From the NCBI GenBank assembly GCA_051362555.1, contig CM120646.1, positions 11,656,001 to 11,720,000 of the forward strand: a DNA stretch of 64,000 bases, given 5' to 3'. The notes below the pieces were generated by a model. It did no database searches and was not told the DNA's origin. It saw nothing but the letters and a program-made list of their open reading frames with translations. Shown here in pieces: positions 37,257-49,604 of the stretch. The stretch's first letter is position 1, and each line of letters opens with the position of its first letter. Origin of the DNA: Lingula anatina (taxonomy: Eukaryota; Animalia; Brachiopoda). A program made the translations under genes and the position numbers.

Positions 37257-40200
37257 TTAGGGTTGGTAACAGCGCCCATTGGCCGAGTTGTAGCAATAAG
37301 GAGTGCAACCGCAACCATCCCTGGAAAGATATCAAGTCTTTTGGTAAGAATATTTCACTTCTGTTGTGTTATACACGGAATATTAATTTATTCTGCTGAC
37401 GTTTGAGTTGTTTGAAAAATAAGAATTTAACAATGTCCGTAACAAGCATTATAGTGGTTAAATGCTGGATTGTGTTTTATGAGTTAAGAAAACTTATGAA
37501 ATTAACTGACGAGGAATGAAGAAATCCACTTCTTTGCAACAGTTGTTTCGATCAGCTGAACTGCTGATCAGCTATCACACAGAATGTCATTTATCTTGTA
37601 AAAAATAAAACCAATCGAAAACCGACTTTAATCATGATTAATCGATACTGTGTGCAAAAAAGTTATATCTAGAATAAGGTAATTACCTCGCTCTCATAGC
37701 ACTGACAAAAACACAGACAAGCATTGGAGAATGAAGTAAATACAAAATGACACACGGGCTCAAATTGCCCAACTTCCATAGTTGTCTACTTATTTGTTTT
37801 CAGTTTATGGACACGAAAAGAGTAACTGCAAACAGATGGGCTTACTCACGTGCAACTGTATTCAGATTTACACTTCACGCCTTGGCAGACAGGTAATATG
37901 CTATAGCAAGGTGGTCCCACTGATAGTCCTGGAAAAGAAATAATAGAAAGCATGCAAAAGACTTCCTTGCAATACTGTCAACGCTCAGTTGTTGTGTTTA
38001 TAGTGTCATACAAGAACGTATTCACAGAGAATATCACCCCAGGGCGTTATTAGACGAAAAGTTCCCAGAAAGAATGTACAGACTTGACATTTAATATGGA
38101 ATATTTCAGTTTCGAAGGTATGCCTAGGTAAAAATGCGTTCTTTTATCAAAAAACACCGATCTCATATAAGATATGTGCATGGAGAAGTGTGTAGTCAGG
38201 TGTGTCGCTACCAATTAACTGAATAACAGGTTTGTTGGGCTGCTGCATTATGTAATATGCAGTAATTTCATTGGGTAGTGCTCCTTTCGGCAGGTCAAAG
38301 CTTGGCTTTGGCAAAGCATGGTTCTGTCAAAAAAGTATCCATATGTCGGCAACTACTGCATAGAAGAATTTGAAATTTTGCATGCAAGTGGTCAGTTTTG
38401 CATTGTGTTAAATGAGCTATGCATTGCTTTACAAATTTGTTAATCTTTGGCAGAATGTCGGGAAAAAAACACAGACATTGCCAGACAGATAATTGCGCCA
38501 AAGGAAACGGTCCGCACAGTTTTATAGAGAAATGCCCAGATTGATGTACCTACAAAGAGGCCACGCCCAATGTATTGAAATCTTACCACCAGGGTACAGG
38601 GATCAGTTTCTTTCGGGATATGCTGTTACAACTAAACAAAATCCACCAAGTCCGTTCAGAATGAGGGGTAAATTGCCACCAAAACGCAATTTTAAAGTAC
38701 CTTAGCGAATACCGAACTGGTTTAAGCAGGTTAGAATACCAGACGACTTCCGAGGAACCCACTGTAAACAGCAAAACATTGTTGAATGTTTCTCTAACAT
38801 TGACCGTTTCTGGGTTGAACACTGAAACCTCGTGGCTTTATTTATTGAGGTCAGATTTCACCTGTACCGCTCAACTAGTCAAAGCAGAGTTTACAGACAT
38901 CCAGAAGAGGCCAACGATGAAGCGTGTGCCGCGTCTAAAGTGACTAAGGTCATTAACAGCGTCAGTATTTCGGGTGGATACCACATTGGTGCCAAAACAC
39001 CAATAGTAGTCATCGACGAAATCTGAACCAGATCAAATAAAGTAATAATCTGGGAACCACTTGACTATCATTTGATAGGTGGCAACTTAGGAACAATTTT
39101 AGGTTGCACGGTGAGATTGCCGGTTCACACAGAGCACTTTTAATAGCAGATTACTTACAGAACCAAGGGAATGAGCAGGTACCTTGGTCATCAAAATCGC
39201 CATATTTTAACCCCATAGACAATATGTGGGTAGGTCATTACTCGCCGAATCAATGGCCTACGTGTCCTACAACAAAACCGTACCAAATTGAACAGATTTT
39301 GACCGATACCGGGAATGTTATTCCAGATTGAACTCTAAAAACCTATCCCAAGGAATGCCTTGCCACTTGAGAGCGCTGGTAGCAGCCAGCAGAGGTCAGG
39401 CGTAACAGCTACCGTTACTGTGACTAGACACTGACATGAGGGTCCTTGGTGGAACGTGTAACTCTTTTACGGACAATAATTTGGAAAATATGGAGATCCA
39501 AAATATCCCTTTTAATGGTTGTCGTATGACATAGAATAGGCCATGTGTTTTTATTTGCTTCTCTGGCGAATTCCATTAATGATCTGATGTCACAATGATA
39601 TCAAAGAGATAATTAAAAGTTATTAAAACACTATTTTAATCCTTATTTTCATTTATCAGTCAACAAAATATGAAAAACTGATGAAAATTGATTTGGAAAA
39701 AAATATTCCATATTAAATGTCAAGTCTGTAGTTCGTTAAAGTTACCACTGCTTTTACAAAAGCTAAATAAATAAAATAATAATGATGCAACTGAATTTTA
39801 AAAATCAATGGCCGTCTAAAGGCACGTTTTAGGTCGAATTCTGGCTTCAGTGAATGCTTGTTAAAAATGATTTTCACAATTTTTTGCAATTATCAAAAGC
39901 TCTAAACAGCACACAAGGGATATTGGTTTAATATATCATTGTGTATTACCATTCCTGTTGAGCCCTTGCAATTAAAAACACTTATTATTAAAATAACTTT
40001 GTTGATATTTTTCTCCGTCCTTCTGCACACGAAATTTATTTGGGAGTTTTTCCAGAATTTTCTCTTCACCTTTTAAAGCCACACACCGAGCATTAACCCT
40101 TCTGTTAAATACGTCAATAAGACTATCTGCACCTTCAACTAACTACGCATGTACTTTGTTAACACATGCACAGTATTTGTAGTCAAAAAATAACAAAATT

Positions 40201-40338
40201 CCTCTCACCAAATATGCCTCCACTGGTACAGACCTGGCAGTCCACTGCTCGACTCATTGGTTTTGGCTTAGTGGCCACAGGATTAATGGACAAAATGACC
40301 ACCAACAAAACGAACACAGATAAACGTGAACAGAACAT
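37257..40338 (-). CDS. Uncharacterised small secreted cysteine-rich peptide precursor, 90 aa, 3 coding exons
   Basis: Exons (minus) 40338-40209, 37928-37850 and 37320-37257 with canonical sites (TTTG|GTGAGA, TTTCTTTTCCAG|, GCAC|GTGAGT, ATCTTTCCAG|) and matching phases 1 and 2. They join to MFCSRLSVFVLLVVILSINPVATKPKPMSRAVDCQVCTSGGIFGLSVGPPCYSILPVCQGVKCKSEYSCTDGCGCTPYCYNSANGRCYQP*. Probable 5' UTR exon donor at 41540; AATAAA at 36836-36831. Confidence 0.8.
38400..39400 (+). pseudogene. Degenerate Tc1-family transposase remnant inside an intron of the cysteine-rich peptide gene
   Basis: FIEVRFHLYRSTSQSRVYR, GGYHIGAKTPIVVID and SHRALLIADYLQ..WSSKSPYFNPIDNMW correspond to Tc1 motifs FSDESRF, WG.I..KT.L..IDG and WP..SPDLNPIEN.W. 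Multiple stops. Confidence 0.75.
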
Positions 40339-41370
40339 TGTATTTCCTAACAGCTGTTATCTGTTATTGGTGTCAAAATAAAATTACTTCTGAGGTGTCT
40401 ATGCGACGAATCTTTCCTTATTCATGTTCGCCTTCCTTTATAAACGCCGTTCCTTTAGAGGTGCCGTAAACCAATGTGACCAATTATTGCAGAAATCAAT
40501 AAATGCATACGGGCATATGGGTGGTAATATGGTCATAATTTCTCCACTAGTTGTGATTAGCCACCTGTGCGTTATGAAATCATAAGATTACCGCTAGCTT
40601 CCAATTTACAAATAATACCAGCGAAGTTTAGGTACACACATGTATAAATTGAATGGCTCATTACACATGATGATATACTAGAGGATCAGTGATTATAGTC
40701 TCTTCCTACGTACATACCACGGCCTGGGATGGGTATATACATGTAATTGGGTTAATACAATACAAATACATTTAAGAGCAAAATTAATGACTTGACCCAA
40801 TTTCTGTCGAATATCATGAAATCATCTCAGCCACAAAAGAACGGCTTGGTGATATTCCTGCAAACATTAGTACAATGGCCGCGTCCTTGATTCCTGATCA
40901 CATATGGATACTATTGGGATGTCCAAAAGGTACAAACATTCTTATAAAATTTTAAGTAAAGTAGATGTTTTTGCCTCTCTCGAATCATTAATCTGATTTT
41001 ATTGCAAATTAAATTTTATATTTACTTAGGAGGGTGTTCACAGGGTAAATCAGCTTTTAGAGGTTTGATATCATTGATTAGATATTTGGTAAAAACATAT
41101 AAATCACTCTGACAGTTCACTTCAAACGTTATTTATTTTCAACCTGAATAATTACCGCACGAATAAATAATTAATTAAAAGTGTCATAGAATAACATATT
41201 TTCTCTTAAGTGTGAGGGAGAGTGAGTGAGTGTTGTTTTCTTTTTTTTTTTCGTATTGTCATGCTGTTGAACAACTCAGGATTCATATCTCAGTTTCAAT
41301 AGCCTTTATTTTTCACATCGTAAGTAAGACAAGTAACAGCATTGCTCGGGTATGGTGAAATTAAAAAAAG

Positions 41371-41404
<34 letters not shown>

Positions 41405-42044
41405 TAACGAAATAAGAATGATAATACTAAAAATGACGTACAATTTAATGGCGAGCATAAGCAAAGTAAAGGCACAATTAAATTCTATAACGAACAAATA
41501 AATATTAAGCAGACAAAACAAAACAAAAAATATAACTTACTCGATTGCAGGAATGTAAAATATGAGATAATCCATGTGCTCACAAAAAGAAAAAAATTAA
41601 ACGATGGGCTTGCCCACATGCGTATCTGCTGACGAAATCACGAGTGGTCTCGTTACTCCCTAAATCATTGACCCGTTACAAGAGGTCATTGATAGTATAC
41701 TCTCAAAACCTTATACAATACAAAATAATATTCCCTAAACAAAACAAACAATGACAAATGATAATAATAATATCATAATTACAACAATAAAAAATAATAA
41801 CAATAACTATTTAAATGCAGTTGTATTACTTATTTGCCGCATGGATCGGCAACACATGTATTTCTGATGTATTTTGTCAATAAAATTATATATAGTTGAA
41901 AAAACGTGTTCACCATATATGTAAATTTACCACTGAAGCAAGATGTGATGCTTCAGATTTATTAGAGTGATATATTAGTTAATAACAAGTTTTCGATTAC
42001 TTGAAATAAAGAGAAAAGTTAAGCAAAGCCAAACGTTTGTGGAT

Positions 42045-45000
42045 CTAGACTGATGAAAAAATGGCATACAAACGTGCGAAATATTTTAAGTATCGCCTTT
42101 ATTTAAAATACTCCAATAGCTGTCATAAGAGTGGCGTTAACGTTGCCCATTAACACGTTTTGTCCTTTCAAAATTTTTTCAGTTGAGACACTGGTCACTT
42201 CGGCTACTCAGGTAAATAATCCTGTTCTGTGGTGGTTTTTACTAATGTGTAAATTCATTTCTGTGGATACAGAGGATATGACCGTGATCAACACTGCAGT
42301 GGCAGCTGAAAGATTAGTCCTTCAAATGTATATAATGTACCATAGCTCTTTCTTTTATATCCTTTTACGTTTATATATGTATATATTTACAGGAGTGCTT
42401 AAATGGCCCAGCTCTAACACTAATTAAACAAATTCTTATATAGCATGGTTTGTTATGAAAATCGAACTAGACTATGTCTTACATTTTACATTCACGTTTA
42501 CCAAAAACGTGCAGCACATTGATACAATATCGATACAGAAGAAACGCTTTGCGAAATACTTCCAGAAAATTACTTGGACAGCAATATCGGTCAGGGTCAA
42601 TCAAATGAACTAATACATTCGTTTCATAGCACTTTTGTAGCACTGGTAAAAAGAATTTATAAACAAAGCTCGAAGCCGGTAAAAGCGACGGAAAAGTTTT
42701 TAACGTAAATCTTTTTCGAACATAGAAAGATACGAAAATTCGCGCATGTATTCCAACTTTAACACCTCTTCAACTGTACACATATATATAGGCCTATATT
42801 GGTCGCGTTTTTCGTTTAAATATTGTTCTTCGTTGACAGACTAAACGGTCGCAGTCGCATAGCAAATATTCCCCTGCCTTTATACGGTTTGGCTCTTTTC
42901 AAGGGTACTTTTGGGGCCTGGGTCACGTGATGTTCGATCAAGTCCGAAGCTGGGCCTTCCTGGTCCAAGTACAGAGTGACCTCCAAAAACAGCTCCTTCA
43001 AAACGGCCTGTTGCTCTTCTGCCAGAGATAGTTCTGATGTACAAATTTTTTCACCTGCAGATAAAACGATTATTTTATTGAAGTCCGCGCATAAATTACC
43101 AGCGTGCAAAGACCAAAGGCCGCTGGGTTGACGCCCATTTTCACAAGAGAGTGATGTTTGTGATTTTTGTGGTAACCCCGCCGATGAAACTGTAATATTG
43201 TTAGAGAACTCGAGCACGGGGAAAGCGGAGAACGCCAGGTTCTTCAGTGGTTCGATCAGAACAGCCGGGACATCTTTCCAATGGTCTACACTGTCGGAGA
43301 CGCCGGGAGCTAATTTCGGTTCTTTCATCGCTGCTTTCAGAGGATCGGCAGTCTTGGAAACACGGGCTGTCCATATTTCAGAGTCACCCTCGTCTTCGCC
43401 GCCGCCAATCGAGAAGAACAAATTAGTGAGAATTTGATGAAGACGCTGATACAAAGCCCGACAGTGAGCTTTTATCATGTGTTTTTCGGCAATGTGGCAA
43501 ACTGCCAACGCGTCTTCTTCGTGGTTTTGACCCAGTTCGCAAAGGATGCTTAGGACATACTGGGCCTGGTCAATAAAACAACTAGCGTTGTTGAAAAGTT
43601 CCGTCTTTGAACAGAGCTTCAAACCGGCCATAGCTGTTTTTGACTTACCGCAAGACCATGCCGTTCTGGCCAGCTTCTCAAGCGTATGTGTCCCTGCCCA
43701 TACCCGAGATATCTTCTGTAGAAGGTCATTCATTCGGCACGATTTTTGATACTTCTCTTTCTGAACAGAACGGTGAAAACGGGAAGGCCCAATTGGCACT
43801 GTGTCTTCCTCCATCAGCCTTACCAGGTCTGCCATGCGGTTTTTTGCCATCTTGAAGAGCTGGATGTGTTCAGCAACTGGTTTGATTTTTAACTAAATTT
43901 TCATTTTATGCACAGAAAATTTGTTTGAATGACAGAAATCTAGGCAAGCAGTGCTTTAAATTAAGTAGCCAGCTGATAATTAAAGACGCCGGTGCTAGCA
44001 AGTGTCCCTTTTTAACGGCCATGTTAAGGTGTAACACACTGTAATTAGTATTGAGGTCTAAAACATTCACACCTCTCCCACGAGGTAAGAATAGTCAAGG
44101 GAAGAGAGTAAGCAAACTTCGACGTCATGCACCCCACTTTGACGGTCATTAGTCTGACGATCATTAATCTACTTTCGTGCATCTTTCAGTGCGCGACAGT
44201 TTTTTAAGCACTTGTACGTAAGGAACATGCTTTTTGTAATTTTGACAGAAAACAATTTTTGACAATAATTTCAAAATTATTCTATAACTTCGCTTTTATT
44301 TTTATTTATTTATTTATTTACTTATTGCACTGACGGCGTTTTTTGAAAGCGTTTCGTGTAGGGAATTGAGCCAACTTGTTGAATATTTGTCTTTTCATGA
44401 AACAACAAGATTTGTAACTCTTAACTTTTAAATTCAGCACACAGTAGACAGATATGATTCATTTAAATTATCACCTCTTTAATGAAATCATATTCATGAA
44501 CATCATCGGGGTAATTTTTTAATTACGTGAAAATTTACAAAATTAAAAAAATCACACATTAGTTTAGTTTTAGACAAACGTCTGTACGACCGAACAAATA
44601 TTGCTGGAAACATCCCACCATGTCGCTAAGTTAAAGGTTGGATTTGTTTTAAGACTGACGTTTGCACAATCTCAAAACAAGAAAAAAATTACTCTAATGT
44701 CATTTTCAAAGAATTGTTACATGTATCTGTTTTGGCGACCATTTCCGTGCATATACTTGGGTCAAGAGGGGAAAATTTACTCACTTTTCTGGACACTCTT
44801 CATAAATATACTTTCTTTTATGGATTCTCTTAAAAAGGAAAACATCAATGATTATTGTGTATTTATTAAAATGTCTGAAAGTCATAGTTTCTTAGTGTAT
44901 ACATATACCGCACATTCATTTATTTGTCTGTCCTCGATCCAGACCTCAAAAAACCGCAAAGCACATCAAATATATGTATAAGCACCTGGAATCGGGAATA

Positions 45001-45805
45001 GTATGCCTATCTCAATAAATAATGATGCGAAGAGAACCAAGTCACACGATTAGAAATGATACTTCACATCAACTTCAAGTACAGAGACTGGTCAAGGAAT
45101 CATTGGTGAGCAGGAGAAATTGCTTTTTCTCGAGGAAGACCAGATTTGGCATGAAAACCCTTCACAGGATACTTCTAATGGCGTTAAACCAATGAAGTCA
45201 CAATATCAAATAGAAGGTTCCCATACAAAGTTGTTAGTCATTTTCTTATCCCAACAAAAAATTAGGAGTATGAAAAGTGGGACTCGGGGTCTCAGAGTTT
45301 GTCTTTGCCCCTTATTTTTTTTTTTTTTGGGGGGGGGGGGGAAGATTGCAGTGGATTGAGGGATGGTCAAACAACAGCTCTAAGTTTTGTAAAAAGGGGC
45401 CCAACCGAATCCACGCCTGTATAGTACGTATTATCGATCCACACGTAGATAATAATTAACAAATGTGCAATTTATCCTTTTGCAATTGGTGGTGTTGAGA
45501 GATCAGTTCCAGCTAATGATCTCGTATTCAATATCTATTACCAAGTGATATAACTACAACGCTTTTAAACATTTAACCAATACTGTATGAAGGTCTCGTT
45601 CAGTTACTCGAAAAATAATTTTTTAAGCTGAGTTATGCACTAAGAATAAAATAGTGATTTTTCTTCCATCTGCAGTCAGAATTAAATGTTGTTGTTTACG
45701 TCCTATATTTTAAATATTTATAGCATATTCTGTGGAATAAGGCTCTCCATTCATTGCTGATTCATAATCTTTTTGCCTATGGATTTCATGCCAAGTGCAA
45801 CATAC

Positions 45806-45838
<33 letters not shown>

Positions 45839-45922
45839 GGCAACATATTACTTATTTTATTATTTACACAAGAATTAAAAGAATAACTATGAAATGAAGT
45901 ATGTAAATAAAATTCATGAAAT
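42045..45922. repeat. Tandem segmental duplication, unit 1 (about 3.9 kb)
   Basis: Colinear similarity with 46350-50173 across the ORF and about 2 kb of its upstream flank. Boundaries approximate. Confidence 0.9.
42816..43850 (-). CDS. Intronless uncharacterised protein, 344 aa, copy 1
   Basis: Long uninterrupted ORF, visibly more GC/CpG-rich than the flanks, kept open without indels in the paralog. No family recognised. Confidence 0.7.
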   Translation of the reverse strand: MAKNRMADLVRLMEEDTVPIGPSRFHRSVQKEKYQKSCRMNDLLQKISRVWAGTHTLEKLARTAWSCGKSKTAMAGLKLCSKTELFNNASCFIDQAQYVLSILCELGQNHEEDALAVCHIAEKHMIKAHCRALYQRLHQILTNLFFSIGGGEDEGDSEIWTARVSKTADPLKAAMKEPKLAPGVSDSVDHWKDVPAVLIEPLKNLAFSAFPVLEFSNNITVSSAGLPQKSQTSLSCENGRQPSGLWSLHAGNLCADFNKIIVLSAGEKICTSELSLAEEQQAVLKELFLEVTLYLDQEGPASDLIEHHVTQAPKVPLKRAKPYKGRGIFAMRLRPFSLSTKNNI

Positions 45923-45989
45923 AAGTATGACTCCCGATAGTCGCATTCACAGCAAAAGCTGATGCGCCGACTAACAGGAAAAAACCTAT

Positions 45990-46260
45990 TTGGTAAAAAG
46001 AATTTATAAACATACAGAAAATATTGGATTAAGTTAAAAAGCCAGTTAAAACGTACCCATTGCATTAAGTCTTTTTCAGACATAGAAAGATACCAAAATT
46101 GTTGGACGGCATTTAAACTTTAACGCTTGTTCGACTGTCCACATATACAAATTGTACGCGTTTTACGTTTAAATATCGTTTTTTTTTTGTCCGACAGACT
46201 AAACGGTCGCAGTCACATAGTAACTATTCCCTGCCTTAATAAAGTTTGGCTCTTTTCAAC
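45990..46260 (-). pseudogene. Truncated third copy of the intronless gene (last ~30 codons plus 3' flank)
   Basis: GACAGACTAAACGGTCGCAGTCACATAG...TTTGGCTCTTTTCAA matches 42834-42902, with substitutions and indels. Confidence 0.75.
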
Positions 46261-46349
46261 TTGTATCTAATAAAATTTTTCGAAGGCATGATATAAAATG
46301 TAAAAAGTAAAACAATAAAAAATAATAATAAAATATTTTGCATATCAAG

Positions 46350-49300
46350 CTAGATTAAAAGTAGCAAACAAACGTATGAAAAAGATTTAATATTGCTCTT
46401 ACTTAAAATACTTAAATAGCTGTCGTAACAGTGATGTTAACGTTGCCCATTGACACGTTTTGTCCTTTCAAAATTGACTCAGTTATAGGCACTGGTACTC
46501 ACCCGAGATCTTTCTTTTATATCACATTATGTTAATATATTTTGTATTTACAGGAGTGCTTATTTGGCCGAGCTCCGTTTACAATACAATTGACTCTCAA
46601 CAGATATTAAACAGATTGTTATTTAGCACGGATTGTTATGAAAATCGAACTAGCCTACAAATAGTATAAACGATGTCTTATATTTAACATTTTGTCACGT
46701 TTACACATGCGGCACATTTATATAATATTGATACAAAAGAAACACTGTGAAATATTTACCAAAAGATTCCCCGGACAGCAACATCGACCAGGGTCTACAA
46801 ATGGACCAATGCACGCGTTTCATAACATAATCCATGCGCTAGATAGTGAAATAGTCCACAGAGTACATTGTAGCATCGGTTAAAAGAATTTATAAACATG
46901 CAGAAATATTGGAAAAAGCTCAAAGCAAGAAAAAGCGATGGAAATGTTTTTTACGTAAGTCTTTTAGGACATAAAGGGATACGAAAATTGGCGCATGGCA
47001 TTGCAACTTTAACATTTGTTCAACTGTCCACATATATAAATTGTACGCGTTTTTCGTTTAAATATTGTTCTTCGTTGACAGACAAAACGGTCGCAGTCGC
47101 ATAGCAAATATCCCCCTGCCTTTATACGGTTTGGCTCTTTTCAAGGGTACTTTGGGCGCCTGGGCCACGTGATGTTCGACTACGTCCGAAGCGGGGCCTT
47201 CCTGCTCCAAGTACAGAGTGACCTCCAAAAACAGCTCCTTCAAAACGGCCTGTTGCTCTGCCGCCAGATATAGTTCTGATGTACAAACTTTCTCACCAGC
47301 AGATAAAACGATTATTTTATCGAAGTCCTCGCATAAATTACTAGCGTGCAAAGACCAAGGGCCGCTGGGTTGACGCCCATTTTCACAAGAGAGTGATGTT
47401 TGTGATTTTTGTGGTGACTCCGTCGATGAAACTGTAATATTGTTAGAGAACTCGAGCACGGGGAAAGCGGAGAACGCCAAGTTCTTCAGCGGTTCGATCA
47501 GAACAGCCGGGGCGTCTTTCCAATGGTCCTCACTGCCGGAGACGCCAGGAGCTAATTTCGGTTCCTGCAATGCTGCTTTCGGAGGATCGGCAGTCTCGAA
47601 ATTACGGGCTGTCCATATTTCAAAGCCACCCTCGTCTTCGCCGCCGCCAATCGAGGAAAACAGATTAGTGAGAATTTGATGAAGACGTTGATACAAAGCC
47701 CGACAGTGAGCTTTAACCATTTGTTTTTCGGCAATGTGGCAAACTGCCAACTCGTCTTCTTCGTGGTTTTGACCCAGTTCGCAAAGGATGCTTAGGACAT
47801 ACTGGGCCTGGTCAATAAAACAACTAGCGTTGTTGAAAAGTTCCGTCTTTGAACAGAGCTTCAAACCGGCCATAGCTGTTTTTGACTTACCGCAAGACCA
47901 TGCCGTTCTGGCCAGCTTCTCAAGCGTATGTGTCCCTGCCCATACCCGAGATATCTTCTGTAGAAGGTCATTCATTCGGCACGATTTTTGATACTTCTCT
48001 TTCTGAACAGAACGGTGAAAACGGGAAGGCCCAATTGGCACTGTGTCTTCCTCCATCAGCCTTACCAAGTCTGCCATGCGGTCTTTTGCCATCTTGAAGA
48101 GCTGGATGTGTTCGGCAACTGGTTTGATTTTTGACTTAATTTTCATTTTTATGCAGAGAAGGTGCTAAATGTTTGTTTGGATGACAGAAATCTAGACAAA
48201 CAGTGCTTTAATTTAAACAGCCAGCTGGTGATTAATGACACCAAAATTGTCGTTCTTTAGCGGTCGTGGTAAGGTCTAACACAATGTAATTAGTATTCAG
48301 ATCTAAAACTTTTATACCCCTCCCACGAGGTAAGGATATGCAAGGGAAGAGAGTAAGGATTGTAAAACCTTCATCTCTTAACTTTGACGTCATGCACACC
48401 CACTGTATCCTTAAAAAATCTGACGGTCATTGAACTTCTTTTTGTACGTAAGGAACATGTTTTTTTCTCTTTTTTTAAAATTTTGACAGAAAATAATTTT
48501 TGACAATAATTTCAAAATTATTCTTTTACTTTGCTTTTATTTTTGTTTATTTATTTATTTATTTATTTCACTGACCGTGTTCTTTGAAAGCGTTTCGTGT
48601 AGGGAATTGAGCCAACTTGTTGAATATTTGTCTTTTCATGAAACAACAGTGGTGAACCCAAAATTTATAACTCTCAACTTTTAAATTCAGCACAAAGTCG
48701 ACAGATTTGATTCATTTAAATTATTTCCTCTTTAATGACATCCTATTCATGAACATCATCGGGGTAATTTTTCAATTACATGAAAATTTACAAAATTACA
48801 AAAATCACACATTATTAGTTTATTTTAGACAAACGTCTGCACGACCCTACAAATGTTGCTGGAAACATCTCACCATGTCGCTAAGTTAAAGGTAGAATTT
48901 TTTTTAAGACTGACGTTTGCACAATCTCAAAACAAGAAAAAAAATTACTCTAATGTCATTTTCAAAGAATTGTGACATGTGTCTGTTTTGACGACCATTT
49001 CTGTTTACATACTTGGGCCAAGCGGGGCTAATTTACTCACTGTTTTGGACACTCTTCATAAGTATACTTTTTTCTGGAAACTCTAAAAAAGGAAAAAAAA
49101 CATTAGTAATTATTGCGTATTTATTACAATGTCCAAAAGTCACAGTTTTCTTAGTGTATACATATCCCGCACATTTAATCATTTATCTTCAATCCAGACC
49201 TCCAAAAACTGCAAAACACATCAAATATATGTATAAGCACCTGAAGTCAGGAATAGTATGCCTATCTCAATAAATAATGATGCGATAAGAACTAAGTCAC

Positions 49301-49553
49301 ATGATTAGATATGATACTACACATTGAATTTAAGCAATCATTTGTGAGCAGGAGAATTTTTTTTTTCTCGAGAAAGACCAGATTTGGCGTGAAAACCCTT
49401 CACAGGATACTTCTAATGGCGTTAAACCAATGAAGGCACAATATCAAATAGAAGGGTCCCATACAAAGTGGCCAGGTATTTTCTCATCACAACAAAAAAT
49501 TAGGAGTATGAAAAGTGGGACTGAGGGCTCAGAGTTTGTCTTTGCCCCTTATT

Positions 49554-49604
<51 letters not shown>

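Noticed and set aside
37804-37892. Plus-strand exon-like segment (CAG...CAG|GTAATA)
   Set aside because: No partner exons found; the minus-strand reading gives a coherent spliced cysteine-rich gene.
42860-42900. KPYKGRGI resembling the ribosomal protein L6 motif PYKGKGI
   Set aside because: Only a short match; the rest of the protein shows no L6 similarity that I can see.
48093-48146. 18-aa N-terminal extension of orphan copy 2
   Set aside because: The equivalent region in copy 1 has an in-frame TAG, so the shared MAK start is more plausible.
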